A stretch of 40,754 bases of DNA from Octopus bimaculoides (taxonomy: Eukaryota). Both the position numbers and the translations under genes were made by a program. Below, piece after piece: positions 1-12,259 of this stretch. The notes below the pieces were generated by a model. It made no database searches, was not told where the DNA came from, and was given only the letters and a program-made list of their open reading frames with translations. The stretch is from contig NC_068981.1 of assembly GCF_001194135.2 (NCBI RefSeq), positions 66,865,691 through 66,906,444 on the forward strand, read 5' to 3'. Position 1 is the stretch's first letter. The number at the start of each line of letters is the position of its first letter.

Positions 1-1368
1 TATAAACGATATTTTGAGAAATAGTTTTTCGAAAAGAGACTTCGATGGAAAACAATTAATTATAAACGGTGGGTGACCAAAGAATTCGTATATTTAATCA
101 GTAAATATGACAAAAAAAAAAATGGAAAGTCATCTAGATAGAGCTTCTATCTTCACTGGTCTGTCAAACCAGTGATTTCTTATTTTTGTTAGAAGTATTC
201 AGTGACATTTTTTCTTTTACTGACGTCTTGTTTAATATCCAGAGTAAAAGTCATGACATAGTGTATTGTAAAGAGCAAATAGATAAAACTAGAACTGTAC
301 TCGAAAACAAACTTGATAATTTTTCAATCTTTTATGATATATTAGGGGAAAAATATGGAGTCGATGCAGGAATCGGAATTCAGAGATCCAAAAATATATC
401 TATTGAGCCTCAACGACATTATTAGAATGCATTGTAACAAAATTATCAGTACAGTAGTTGACCAAATAAAAGCACGATNNNNNNNNNNNNNNNNNNNNNN
501 NNNNNNNNNNNNNNNNNNNNNNNNNNNNNNNNNNNNNNNNNNNNNNNNNNNNNNNNNNNNNNNNNNNNNNNNNNNNNNNNNNNNNNNNNNNNNNNNNNNN
601 NNNNNNNNNNNNNNNNNNNNNNNNNNNNNNNNNNNNNNNNNNNNNNNNNNNNNNNNNNNNNNNNNNNNNNNNNNNNNNNNNNNNNNNNNNNNNNNNNNNN
701 NNNNNNNNNNNNNNNNNNNNNNNNNNNNNNNNNNNNNNNNNNNNNNNNNNNNNNNNNNNNNNNNNNNNNNNNNNNNNNNNNNNNNNNNNNNNNNNNNNNN
801 NNNNNNNNNNNNNNNNNNNNNNNNNNNNNNNNNNNNNNNNNNNNNNNNNNNNNNNNNNNNNNNNNNNNNNNNNNNNNNNNNNNNNNNNNNNNNNNNNNNN
901 NNNNNNNNNNNNNNNNNNNNNNNNNNNNNNNNNNNNNNNNNNNNNNNNNNNNNNNNNNNNNNNNNNNNNNNNNNNNNNNNNNNNNNNNNNNNNNNNNNNN
1001 NNNNNNNNNNNNNNNNNNNTCCTACCTTTAACAGAGATTCCGAATATGCAAAAATATTAACAGAATCCAATTTCATCTTTATTACATTTCACTTATGATT
1101 TTTAGACTTTTTAAGGGAGAGTGAGGATGGGAAAGTACTGACGTTTCGAAGAGAGAGAAAAATACAAACAATACACTTATTTCAGGCTCATCTTTACAGA
1201 GCCATTTTTTATTCCCTGCTTATTCTAGGTCATACGGGGGTGATTGCATATTCAGAATCTCCCCTATGTAAATTGTAGGAATACGAAAATTTATTTACTG
1301 AAAAATTGCCGTGGGGGGGGGGAGAAATTCATTGCATGCCCAACCCCGGAAGTCACCGCACGCCACTG
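1..1368 (+). mobile_element. hAT-superfamily DNA transposon 3' remnant (ZMYM1-like transposase C-terminal part plus right terminus), interrupted by an N-gap
   Basis: Frameshifted translation gives FLLEVFSDIFSFTDVLFNI-QSKSHDIVYC...IISTVVDQIKAR, resembling ZMYM1-like hAT transposases. The segment ends GTCACCGCACGCCACTG at 1368; its reverse complement CAGTGGCGTGCGG looks like a hAT terminus. Confidence 0.65.
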
Positions 1369-1420
1369 ATATACATACATATATATATATATTCGTACTC
1401 AATTCAACATTGTCAGTTTT

Positions 1421-2283
1421 TATCGCTCTATATCTAAATACCTACTGTGTAGCTACTTAGGTTTTGTTAAGACTTCAATAAAATAGATGGCAGCGTTATG
1501 AATATAATAACACATGTCAAAAAAGAGAAAAAATCTACTGTTCAATAAGAATTCCGCCTGAGTCAAGAAAGTTTGACAAGAGATGTAGATATATGTATAA
1601 GGGATGATATGAAAGCGTAGATGTACGCGTCTTAAGTGTACTATCTAATGAATTTGCTATTACCGATTTTAGTCCCTACAGTGACAACATATATATCATA
1701 AATAAAAGTACTAATGGTCACGCGTTAGATAAATTAAGGAAGAACAGCATCGATCAATTTAGTAGTTTTGGTCTTAAAACAATTACAAACCATTTGGGAA
1801 ACTCAGTGAAAAAATACAAAGTATAAACAAAGCCAAGAGCTTAGTTTAGAATTCCGGCTGCATCTGGCTGATGAGACACATGTCAAAATACCGGTGTCCC
1901 AGGATGCCGTGCGCTTATCAGTCGAGTGTGTTGAACACACTGTCGTCATAAAAGGGAGAAGTTATTCTCCTTTGACTTATACAACAACGACCAGCATATT
2001 TTGCGTTTAAACCTGCTTAGACGTGTTAAAAACCAACATGCATTTAATCGTTTCAGTGAAAAGCTTATATTAACGTAGGTTCATGCCACTTTCTGCAGTT
2101 ATCAAGGACCACATGAATAGTATTAACAGAAGTATCTCTACCCAGTTCTCCAATGATGACACAAGGCGGATACCAGTAATAAAATTTTACGAACTAGCAG
2201 ACTCAAGGAAGAAATTATCTACTCACCTGAAATTTTGTACTGCCACACCCAAAAAAAAAAGGCGCTGTAATATCATTAGTTAA
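1421..2283 (+). mobile_element. Highly degenerate non-LTR retrotransposon reverse transcriptase fossil (CR1/L2/Jockey-like, tentative)
   Basis: Across frameshifts and stops, motifs appear in the expected order: YRSIS (~YRPIS, 1421), IITHV...Q*EFR (~I..HL...QxGFR), SVDV...DFS...HALDKL, then GRSYSPL/LYNND (~QGSVLSPLLF.LYIND). Spacing to the putative FADD-like motif (FSNDDT) is imperfect. Confidence 0.4.
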
Positions 2284-2364
2284 CGTCCCTTTTCCAATTT
2301 AGCAAGATAATTCCTTACTCTTAGACATTGGTCTGTCACAAGCCCTAACACTCATAAGGCCGTA

Positions 2365-2700
2365 TATTAACTTGGTTTCCGTGGCATGTAAATGACTGAG
2401 ATTACAACACTACAGTTAACGAGACGCTGATATGTAGCAGGGCTAACTTCCTCGCCATTGCTGGAACTCATTTACGGGTGAGTGAACTGGAACAACACGA
2501 AATGAATTAATTTGCATAAGAGTGTCGATACAGTCGACCAAAAATTCTTCGAGGTGGTGCCCTAGCATGGCCGCAGTCTAATAACTGCAACAAGCAAACT
2601 TAAAAATAAATTCTGGCGTCGATACGTTCAACAAAAAATTCTTCAAGGCGGTGTGTCTGCATGGCTACAGTTTAATGACTGAAACAAGTAAAAGGTGAAA
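2365..2700 (+). mobile_element. SINE remnant with a duplicated 3' tail
   Basis: The tail GGTGGTGCCCTAGCATGGCCGCAGTC...ACAAG occurs twice (about 2550-2600 and 2647-2695). It is related, in reverse complement, to the fragment at about 14390-14460. Confidence 0.6.
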
Positions 2701-3627
2701 AAAAAAATAATAATAACCGAAAAATATAACCGTGGGGCTTTGTCCACTTTCACACTTCAAGTATGGGACTTTCGTCCGAAGGGCTTTTGTCCTACACTCA
2801 TATATATATANNNNNNNNNNNNNNNNNNNNNNNNNNNNNNNNNNNNNNNNNNNNNNNNNNNNNNNNNNNNNNNNNNNNNNNNNNNNNNNNNNNNNNNNNN
2901 NNNNNNNNNNNNNNNNNNNNNNNNNNNNNNNNNNNNNNNNNNNNNNNNNNNNNNNNNNNNNNNNNNNNNNNNNNNNNNNNNNNNNNNNNNNNNNNNNNNN
3001 NNNNNNNNNNNNNNNNNNNNNNNNNNNNNNNNNNNNNNNNNNNNNNNNNNNNNNNNNNNNNNNNNNNNNNNNNNNNNNNNNNNNNNNNNNNNNNNNNNNN
3101 NNNNNNNNNNNNNNNNNNNTATATATATATATATATTATTGTGTGTGTGTGTGTGTATGTCTATGTGTGTGTATTTTTGTGTATGTATGTGTGTGTGGCA
3201 TATATTTGTATTCCAATATTAAATGTACGCGTCAAAGTACAGCCACTTTTTCGGCCTTCGTTCTTCGCCGTTAAAATATGAGTTTTAAGATCAAGTAATT
3301 CAATGAACTTTGAACATATTTGATTTTTTCGCACATTTTTTCCCCATATTACCTCTTCTAAAGTAAAAAAAAAACAAATAAAAAATAAAACAAAACCAAA
3401 TTTCTAGAGATAGTTGATTTGAGTTGTGTTTTGTGTTGTAGGGACAGCATAATGGTGGAAATAATTTTATTTCCTCTTCGGAGTTATTATTCACTCACCG
3501 GAAGATCTTGCTCAAGTGAGTTATTATACACTGATCCACATGCTTGAAGAACCATTACACTTCACTTAATTCGCTAATGCTTTTGGGAAAAAGAACGAAT
3601 GCAAACCAATGCTTCCACTTGGGTAGA

Positions 3628-3640
3628 CTACTACTACTAT

Positions 3641-3677
<37 letters not shown>

Positions 3678-3776
3678 GCTACTACTACTACTACTATTGC
3701 TGCTGCTGCTGCTACTACTACTACTACTACTACTATTACCAGCACAACAGCAACAACAACAACAACAACAACAACA

Positions 3777-3844
<68 letters not shown>

Positions 3845-3850
3845 GACTAC
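3628..3850. repeat. Compound trinucleotide microsatellite (CTA)n/(CTG)n/(CAA)n
   Basis: Seen directly. It explains the poly-L/Y/S/Q pseudo-ORFs at 3544-3915. Confidence 0.95.
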
Positions 3851-4269
3851 TTATGTTAGACGTAAAGTTGTTCAAATGGGAAAATACGATATTCTTGGTT
3901 TTGAATTGTTTTTAGTCATCTAACACTTAATCAGATGGTTCACATACGTACACACTCACACACGTGCGCGAACGAACGCACATATACATACATACATACA
4001 TACATACATACACACACACACATACATACATACATACATACATACATACAATGCAAATACAATCTGTAAGCGGAACAATAAAAATATGCAAGAATTTTTT
4101 CAAGATCGAAATGTGACATTATTTTTGTTAAGCACATTCCAAAGATGGAACTTTGTATTTTAGAAGCCAGATCCTTCCTTCCACGAAGAATTCAAATAAT
4201 AATAAAAAGAAAAGCAGAAGAGGGTATGCATACATGGGAATATACACGTACATGTATATATGGGGAGAA

Positions 4270-4765
4270 TATATTAGAATATATTAAAACTACCTTAAAC
4301 TATAGTACACCTAATTTTGTATACTTTATTTCGGAAAAAACTAATCCAAATAGATCCACTTCAAGCTTCAAAATTCGGGATAAATGCCCGTTAGAAGCTA
4401 ACTGCAGGAGAGGTTTAATGTAGTTTATAAGTGCACGGCCCTTAATAAATTCCAAAACTTCACCAAGACATACGTATATTGGAACTACTATTAATTCTAA
4501 GCAAAGATACTCTGCTCATTTAAACTTATTTAAATACAAAAAGATAGTAGATCTACTTCTCTCGCAGAGCATATACACTACCTTAGGAGAAGGTATCATA
4601 TAATATAACTTGGTCCATTATTAACTCGGGTCATTCATGCCAAAGTCAAAATGCCCCCTGTTGGTTATGTTTGAGGGAATCTCTACAAATCCTATCACAT
4701 AGCCCTACACAATTATTGAACAAGCAACATGAAACCTTCTCTACGTGTGTTCATAAATTTTAAAA
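4270..4765 (+). mobile_element. Penelope-like element fragment: linker plus GIY-YIG endonuclease (frameshifted)
   Basis: Translation: TTLNYSTPN...DKCPLEANC...NVVYKCTA...YIGTTINSKQRYSAH...STSLAEHI...ITWSII...CWLCLRESLQIL...LLNKQHETFSTCVHK. This is the characteristic PLE endonuclease C-terminus. Confidence 0.85.
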
Positions 4766-5429
4766 ATCATTTAAGCTTTATCACAAATCTAATTCCAGTA
4801 AAACAGCAATCTCTGATTTTTCACTGATATAATGTTTAAACATCATAATAAGCTCACTAAATTAAATTAGTATATCAACTTTATCACTGTATCCTTTCAT
4901 CTTTTTATTTGATAGATTCTCTTTTCCTCCTTAATTCATATTTATGCATTATAATTAATCGAATTCCTATTCAGTTGCAATACAAGTTTTATCAATTGAA
5001 CACTACTAAGCTTTCTCTTCTCACGGTTATGGAGCTACACATTGAGTAATAATATACATAATTAATTTCCCTTACCAATTTTTTTCAGTGATTTACTTAT
5101 ATGACATCTATTGTCCATTGTCCATTATTACTATATTTGCTTCATCCTTGGGCCCTATAATTTCACTCTACTAGAACTTAGTAAAATGTCTTTATTTTTA
5201 TTTAATTTTTTTTTTAAGTTTCTTATTCATATCTTCCTAACGTGCAAACACTTTCATTAACACTACAAATTTTTAAATTTTAGTAAATTTAAAAATTTGT
5301 AGTGCCAATAATTTTAGTAAATATTATTAACATCTTTTTCTATCACCATTGTACCGGAGCGAGCCCTAAAACTCCCCTCACCTCTAGTCGTATCACGCTC
5401 ACTCTAGCTGGAGCTATAATTCGAGATGT

Positions 5430-6040
5430 TCACTATCTTTTACAACCACTTTATTATGAAATCCTAATCCCCACCTTCCCACTTTTGACATCTAATGACA
5501 GTGGCCAACGCTGGTAGTCAGCCATAGGATGAAAGTATCTGATATCTGCTATTTTTCCTCCCTTATCTTTCTGTCTATGTCTATAAATCCCCTAACTTCT
5601 ATCGCCGTATATGCCCTCACTATACTGACTAGTGTATATATAGTATATATCTACCATTCCATCTTACTGTAGTATACTATTCCTCCTCAGTCCTAATTCA
5701 CTCTCCATTCACAAATGGAACTTATAACTTTCATTATTCTTAGCCATGGATTATCTTCAAACATTCTCCTTTGAAAATGCTAATAGACTTTACCTATAAC
5801 TTAATTACTTATTCGATCATGGAACTAGGTAACTCATGTACATTTCAATCTGATCCATCCTTCATTCTTCAACAAACTGGAAAGTGCTAATATCCTCCAT
5901 TGAGGATATTCCTTCATTTATATATTTTTCCGACTTATCTCTCACCGATGACGGGATACTCACCTTATGGAATCCTTACTCAATATCATGATCCACATGC
6001 TTGGCTATTCTAGAAACAGCTGCAAGCGACTTGGTTTATA
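5430..6040 (+). mobile_element. Degenerate Penelope-like reverse transcriptase fragment
   Basis: MELGNSCTFQSDPSFILQQTG resembles L..N.F.F....Y.Q..G. LTDDGILTLW (about 5941-5970) resembles RYIDDIFIIW. Many stops and frameshifts. Confidence 0.45.
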
Positions 6041-6398
6041 TTCTCTATCTAAATTAAATGCTTTTTTCGATTGATGCAAAATGTTTTGCTTTATTCATTT
6101 TCTACTGTTATGTATGTATGTATGTATGTATGCATGCATGCATGTATGTATGTATATCTGTATGTCTGTATGTCTGTCTGTCTGTATGTATGTATGTTTG
6201 TATGTATGTTTGTATGTATGTACATATACATACATACATACATACATACATATATGTATGTCAGTCCGGTATTATCCGCACTGCTCGAAGTAAGGTGAAT
6301 AAAAGCAAATAAGTAATAAGGATGTCAAGGTATTAGTGCATTACGGCCATTTCAGGCGGCTCCATTTAATCGATCAATGCAAGCATTACATCAATTTG

Positions 6399-6703
6399 AA
6401 ATACACCACCTTCCTCGGATGCATAAGACCATATAAGTTTTCAACATATAGGATACTCCATCATAATTTTTGTGCTAATTTTTCATCAGAACTAGAGAAT
6501 AAAAGAATTACTTGCCCATTGGTATTATTGTAGCAGAATGAGCCTATTTTCTTCCTAAGTTCATTCCGCTACAATAATAGCAACAGGCATGTAAATGTTT
6601 TATTCTCCAGTTCTGATGAAAAATTTGCTAAAACGTTATAATGGAGTATCCTGTATATTGAAAACCAATATGGTCTTATGCATCCGAGGAAGGCGGTGTA
6701 TTT
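6399..6703. repeat. Long inverted repeat (foldback/MITE-like): arms 6399-6541 and 6561-6703, 19-nt spacer
   Basis: Manual alignment of the left arm to the reverse complement of the right arm gives 143 nt, ungapped, about 19 mismatches. The right arm runs into an N-gap, so the element may be longer. Confidence 0.9.
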
Positions 6704-7599
6704 NNNNNNNNNNNNNNNNNNNNNNNNNNNNNNNNNNNNNNNNNNNNNNNNNNNNNNNNNNNNNNNNNNNNNNNNNNNNNNNNNNNNNNNNNNNNNNNNN
6801 NNNNNNNNNNNNNNNNNNNNNNNNNNNNNNNNNNNNNNNNNNNNNNNNNNNNNNNNNNNNNNNNNNNNNNNNNNNNNNNNNNNNNNNNNNNNNNNNNNNN
6901 NNNNNNNNNNNNNNNNNNNNNNNNTATATACATACATACACACATTCATACATACATGCATACGCGCACACACATAAAACTGTAGCAATTCATGCTTATC
7001 TGAAAAAAGGTTGCACTATAACCTTACCGCACACCAATAATAAACAGAAAATGGAGATAATCTATACGTGTGGGCACAATATGAACATTTTGCTGTTTTC
7101 ATGCGAATTGACAAAGTCACTGCTGGCTTATATCTCGACACAGTGACGTCTTTCCTTTGCTTCTCCAGCTACTTTAAAACTTCACTGAAAATTGGTCATT
7201 TTTGGAAAGCACCAAGAAATTGTTATGAGGAAGTATTACAAGTAGAAATGTAGGTATATATACACGCACACATGCACATAATTATACAGTTTTTCCGAGA
7301 TTCTGCGACTGTGCATTAAGCGTTTTGGTGTTTTCTATTAAAACAAAACACGCTATTTGTACCATATATCATAATGTAAACGACAAAAAGCTTTGTGAAA
7401 TACAGAAACCCAGGATTTAATGGCCGAAATAATTTATTTCGCCATTTATCAAGTTGTTAAAATTAAAAAAGATGGCCTTCTAACTGTGTTCAATGCAATC
7501 GAGATTTGAATGAGCACGTGGATTTAGAAAATGACAGGAGAGGTAATTAACTTCACAGTGAATATAGCCTGGGTCTTCCAAATATGACTTCATGTGCAT

Positions 7600-8000
7600 G
7601 AGGTGTGAGTCACTGACTGCTTATTGATATAGGCCTTTACATTAGGGGGCATGGATATGTGATTTTAACCGTGTGCCAATTAAATATCGCTTTATACATA
7701 TGGTTGTTGTGAAAGTGATTATCTAATAAGTGTAAGAATCCTTTACCTATATTTTCCTAACATTCAGGATTGGCGAACCATAAAATATTATGGGACGTAT
7801 TCTTACGACCAGATGGTTGAGGAGGTGGAGGGTTATTTTATCAATGAAGCCGTTATCCTGAAAAGCATTATCATAATATAGGGATGCCTTTTCAAATATT
7901 TCTCTAGTGAAGAAAGACATGTGATTCTGTGGTTAATGTTCAGAATTAATTTCCTAAATACCATAGATAGGTGACAAGACTGCTTATTAATATTCTTTAG
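7600..8000 (-). mobile_element. Penelope-like element fragment (post-RT linker region)
   Basis: Minus-strand translation: FTREIFEKASLYYDNAFQDNGFIDKI...NILWFANP...NIGKGFLHLLDNHFHNNHMYKAIFNWHTVKITYPC. This matches the PLE motif IWFNPP..NIGK.FL.L.D.HF...KIF...TVKISYSC. Confidence 0.75.
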
Positions 8001-8034
8001 ATTTTCTTTAGGTTTATGTATGCATGTATATATA

Positions 8035-8920
8035 ACAACAGAACCAAAAGTTGAGAAATGTGGTCGACCTAACTGTGGCATTTCCCCCCACCTTTTGGAG
8101 GGTTCAGAGTTCCACTTTAAACAAGGTGAAATATTTAAGATTAAATCAAATTTCCCCTGTGCCTCGGAAAATATAATCTATGTCATTACATGCTTAAGAT
8201 GAGGTAATAATTATATTGGCCAAACAGGAATATCACTCCGTCAAAGGACCTCTCTCCACAAAGAACAAATCCGCCACCCACAATACAAACAGATACAGGT
8301 CAATAGACACATAGAAAGATGTGCGAGGAATCTTAATCCTAATTTCCTAATTTTTCCCTTCTACCAATATTCACAGAACACCCCAATACAACAAAGAATG
8401 AATAAAGAGGCAACTTTCATCAATAAATATCTTCCACAACTAAATATGAACACATAACATAATACAGAACACTACTAACCTTTCAATTAATACCACTAAC
8501 CCCCATACAGCCCATAAACCATTCACATTACAGATCTATATCTACCCTAAATGCACCAAATCCAGAACTACTTACCTCCATTACACATAATCTTTTTACT
8601 CAGGGACTAGCTGACCTGACACCGTTCAATAATCGGTGTGCATTCAAAGCAATAATTAGAAACATTACGAAACCGGTATGCTTTTGAATCTCTTTAACAA
8701 TTCACAATAATGACTTTTATTACTTTTGTTCTTACCTCAGTTCATCTAATTGTATATATCTATCGTTACTTTTCATAAAAAGCCTTTACTTTTTTTTATT
8801 TCCAATGTGCATTTTCGCTTATTTTTCTTTTTACTTTCCCCACGTGAAGTTTCTATCTTTTTTTTGTAACATATTTCTATTATATATAATACAAAGAATA
8901 TGTATACACACAATATGTAC
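8035..8920 (+). mobile_element. Penelope-like element 3' end: GIY-YIG endonuclease (to 8457) plus terminal-repeat-like region
   Basis: KCGRPNC...NIIYVITCLR*GNNYIGQTGISLRQRTSLHKEQIRHPQY...FLIFPFYQ...RMNKEATFINKYLPQLN* is one frame with a single premature stop at 8200-8202. A decayed hammerhead follows at 8642-8689. Confidence 0.9.
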
Positions 8921-9375
8921 ANNNNNNNNNNNNNNNNNNNNNNNNNNNNNNNNNNNNNNNNNNNNNNNNNNNNNNNNNNNNNNNNNNNNNNNNNNNNNNN
9001 NNNNNNNNNNNNNNNNNNNNNNNNNNNNNNNNNNNNNNNNNNNNNNNNNNNNNNNNNNNNNNNNNNNNNNNNNNNNNNNNNNNNNNNNNNNNNNNNNNNN
9101 NNNNNNNNNNNNNNNNNNNNNNNNNNNNNNNNNNNNNNNNNNNNNNNNNNNNNNNNNNNNNNNNNNNNNNNNNNNNNNNNNNNNNNNNNNNNNNNNNNNN
9201 NNNNNNNNNNNNNNNNNNNNNNNNNNNNNNNNNNNNNNNNNNNNNAATTGGACAGTGAAAACAACATTCAAAAGCCGTACGGCCAAACACGAATCTGAGG
9301 TAGAACGCTAGTAGTTCGTCTTGCCTTCACAGCGGCTGGAGTGAAAAGAAAGTTGACCACAGGTCACACGAGAGC

Positions 9376-9564
9376 AGAGAGGATGGTGGAGGGAGGAAGT
9401 GGAACAAGGAGGAAGGGACAGAAGGGTATAGCAGTGAAGTAGAGACCAGGACAGAGGGATAGATAGAAAGATAGAGGAAGACAGATAGATAAATAGATAG
9501 AGAGGATGGTGGAGGGAGGAAGTGGAACAAGGAGGAAGAGACAGACGGATATAGCAGTGAAGTA
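9376..9564. repeat. 66-bp direct repeat (9376-9441 and 9499-9564)
   Basis: AGAGAGGATGGTGGAGGGAGGAAGTGGAACAAGGAGGAAG...TATAGCAGTGAAGTA occurs twice with a few mismatches. Confidence 0.9.
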
Positions 9565-9571
9565 ATATATA

Positions 9572-9620
<49 letters not shown>

Positions 9621-11355
9621 ATATAGTATATCTATATGATGTATATATATAATGTATACATGTATATGAAGTATGCACACACACATACACACACTCATAC
9701 ACACATATATATCTAGTGGTTCGTTGAAGATGGTCTTATGCTTCACTAGTTTAGTAAAATTTAGAGTGGGTGGACGTATTTGGCGTCTATATCTAGCATA
9801 TAAGCATGGTCGCTTCTGTGTCCTTAATTATAATTGTATTCTATACAATTATATATCTCTATATATGAATTTTACCTAAAATATTATTTTTATATGCTGG
9901 CCACTGATAATTTTTTAAAAATTTAATGATTTTATCCTTTATTATTTTTATAGTTACACACACACACACACATACACACATACATACATGCACACACACA
10001 TATGTATATACACATACACCAAATGACTAGGACACATCTAAACGTAAGTTTACATGACCAGGATAAATTTGAGATTAACGAAAACAACTTCAGAAACAAT
10101 AACAGGCATGCAGAAGTAGGAGGACGATGGAGAATACACAACACAGACTGTAACAAAATACCATATGACATATAATTAACCCCTTCATGTCAGAATTTGT
10201 TGTATGATCCTCAACTAGACAAAACTATGGATCTGAAAGTCGCTCCACGTTGATTCTCTGACGACATAAGTCTGCTCTTTTCTGACCGACTTGAGGTTAT
10301 ACATCAACGATTAGAGCGCACTAAACAGTAGTTGTTGGACATCATCTTTGCCTGTTTGTTTTTTTGGCTCTATGTTTTCGTCTCTTTATTTCTATCTATA
10401 TCTCTGTTTCCTTCTCTATATATATCTTTCTCTCTGTCTTTAGCTTTTTCTCTCCCTCGTTTTTGTTTTTCATCTTGACTCACTTTCACGGCAAGATGTG
10501 AATATTCTCTCATGCAGTATAAATTAATATAGCAGATTCATACTCATGTCTCTAGAAGAAGAAGCCGTTTGTCCAATATGTTATCCAATCGGTCATTTAA
10601 CCCTCCCTACGCACACACACGCGCGCACACACGCAAATACACATGCACATATGTTCACGCGCCTATACACACATACATCCACATATAAGCACATACACGT
10701 TGTCTCCCTCCTTCCCTCACCCTCTCTCTCTTTCTTTCTCTTTCTCCCGTTCACATATTGTTCAACAGAAGAAAGCTAATTTCCCATTAAAACAGACAGT
10801 GTTGATGCTGCTGGTTACAAGATTAATGCTATTTTGGGAACCATGGGAATCCATTTGGATCAATGGGAGATAATTCAACAACAAATAAATAAAACAAAAC
10901 AGTTATGGCTGTGTAACACTGATAGGGCATTATGAGGCACTGTTGTGCGTGTATGTTTGTGTGCATATGTGTGCATGTACGTGTGTCTGTAAGCGTGAGT
11001 TTGTGTATATGTGTGTATGTGCGGGCATATGTGTGTGTGTCTGTGTGTATGTGTATGCATGTCTATACGTGTCAGTATTTTTGTCATTGTATATATATAT
11101 ATATATATATATATCAGTGCTTGTGTGTGTAGTGTGTGTAGTGTGCGTGTGTTTTTGTCTGTATGTGTCTGTGCTTCTGGATGCGCGTATCTATTTGTGT
11201 GTAAGGCTGTGTATATATAGGTGTGTGTGTGTGTCTCAGTACGTGTGCGCATGTATGTGTGTATGTGTGCGCATGTATATCAGTATCTTTGTCATAGTGC
11301 TCATCTGATTTGTTTGACGTAGTGAATTAGTATCTGAGTCTGTGTGTGTGCGGGC

Positions 11356-11393
<38 letters not shown>

Positions 11394-11841
11394 GTATGTT
11401 GGTGCATGTGCGTTTGAGTCTGTATCAGTGTGCTAGTGTGAATGTATGTCTTTATTACCGTGGGTGTACGTTACTGTATGATACTTTATCTAATTAGATA
11501 TTTGTAACGATGAGTGATTATACAGCATGCGTGTGTGTGTGTGTGTGTGNNNNNNNNNNGATTATACAGCATGCGTGTGTGTGTGTGTGTGTGTGTGTGT
11601 TTGTGTAATTGCCATATCAATGTTATTTTAATACCAACTACTGTTTGTATGTCTGTCTATATTCATGCATGTAATTTTGCTATAATATATGTACGTTCGC
11701 GTTCAACATGTGCGCATACGCTTGCATTATTTAACGGCCGTATAAACATGTATGTTAAGGTCATTTTGATTTTGCATTAAATACATGTATACGTGTATTG
11801 TCTTAGTGGTTGTATGCATACATAATACATACATGTATGCT

Positions 11842-11885
<44 letters not shown>

Positions 11886-11895
11886 NNNNNNNNNN

Positions 11896-11934
<39 letters not shown>

Positions 11935-12259
11935 ATATATATTTACGCGCGTGTGTGAGAGTTACTGGGCTATGTGTGCGTTTATGATACATATGTAGTA
12001 CGGTTGTGTGCATGTAGAGGTTATATCAATGTTTTATTAATGTTACTGTATCTGTCCTAAATGTAAAAAGCCAGAGAATTAACATAATATTTAGTGTTAA
12101 GCAAAATACCTTGCGGTATTTAGTTGCTGTTTTTTTTTTTTTTTTACATTCTGAATTGAAATCCCTCCAAATTTTGTCTTGCATTTCATTCTCGCGAGGT
12201 CGATGAAATAATTTGTAGCTGAAAGCTGAAATCGATATAATTGACTAGAGTCAAATCTG

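Noticed and set aside
1138-1203. Minus-strand CTGTAAAGA...CTTCGAAACGTC hammerhead-like motif
   Set aside because: The core has two insertions and stem I has only 2-3 bp. It is at best a dead remnant.
1863-1905. CTGATGA followed by a GACAC/GTGTC stem (hammerhead-like)
   Set aside because: There is no GAAA, helix III or cleavage triplet after the stem.
3544-3915. Poly-Leu/Gln/Tyr/Ser ORFs
   Set aside because: All frames on both strands are translations of a (CTA)n/(CAA)n microsatellite.
10546-10779. MSLEEEAVCPICY, resembling a TRIM RING N-terminus
   Set aside because: The remaining RING Cys/His ligands are absent and the ORF runs straight into a (CA)n repeat.
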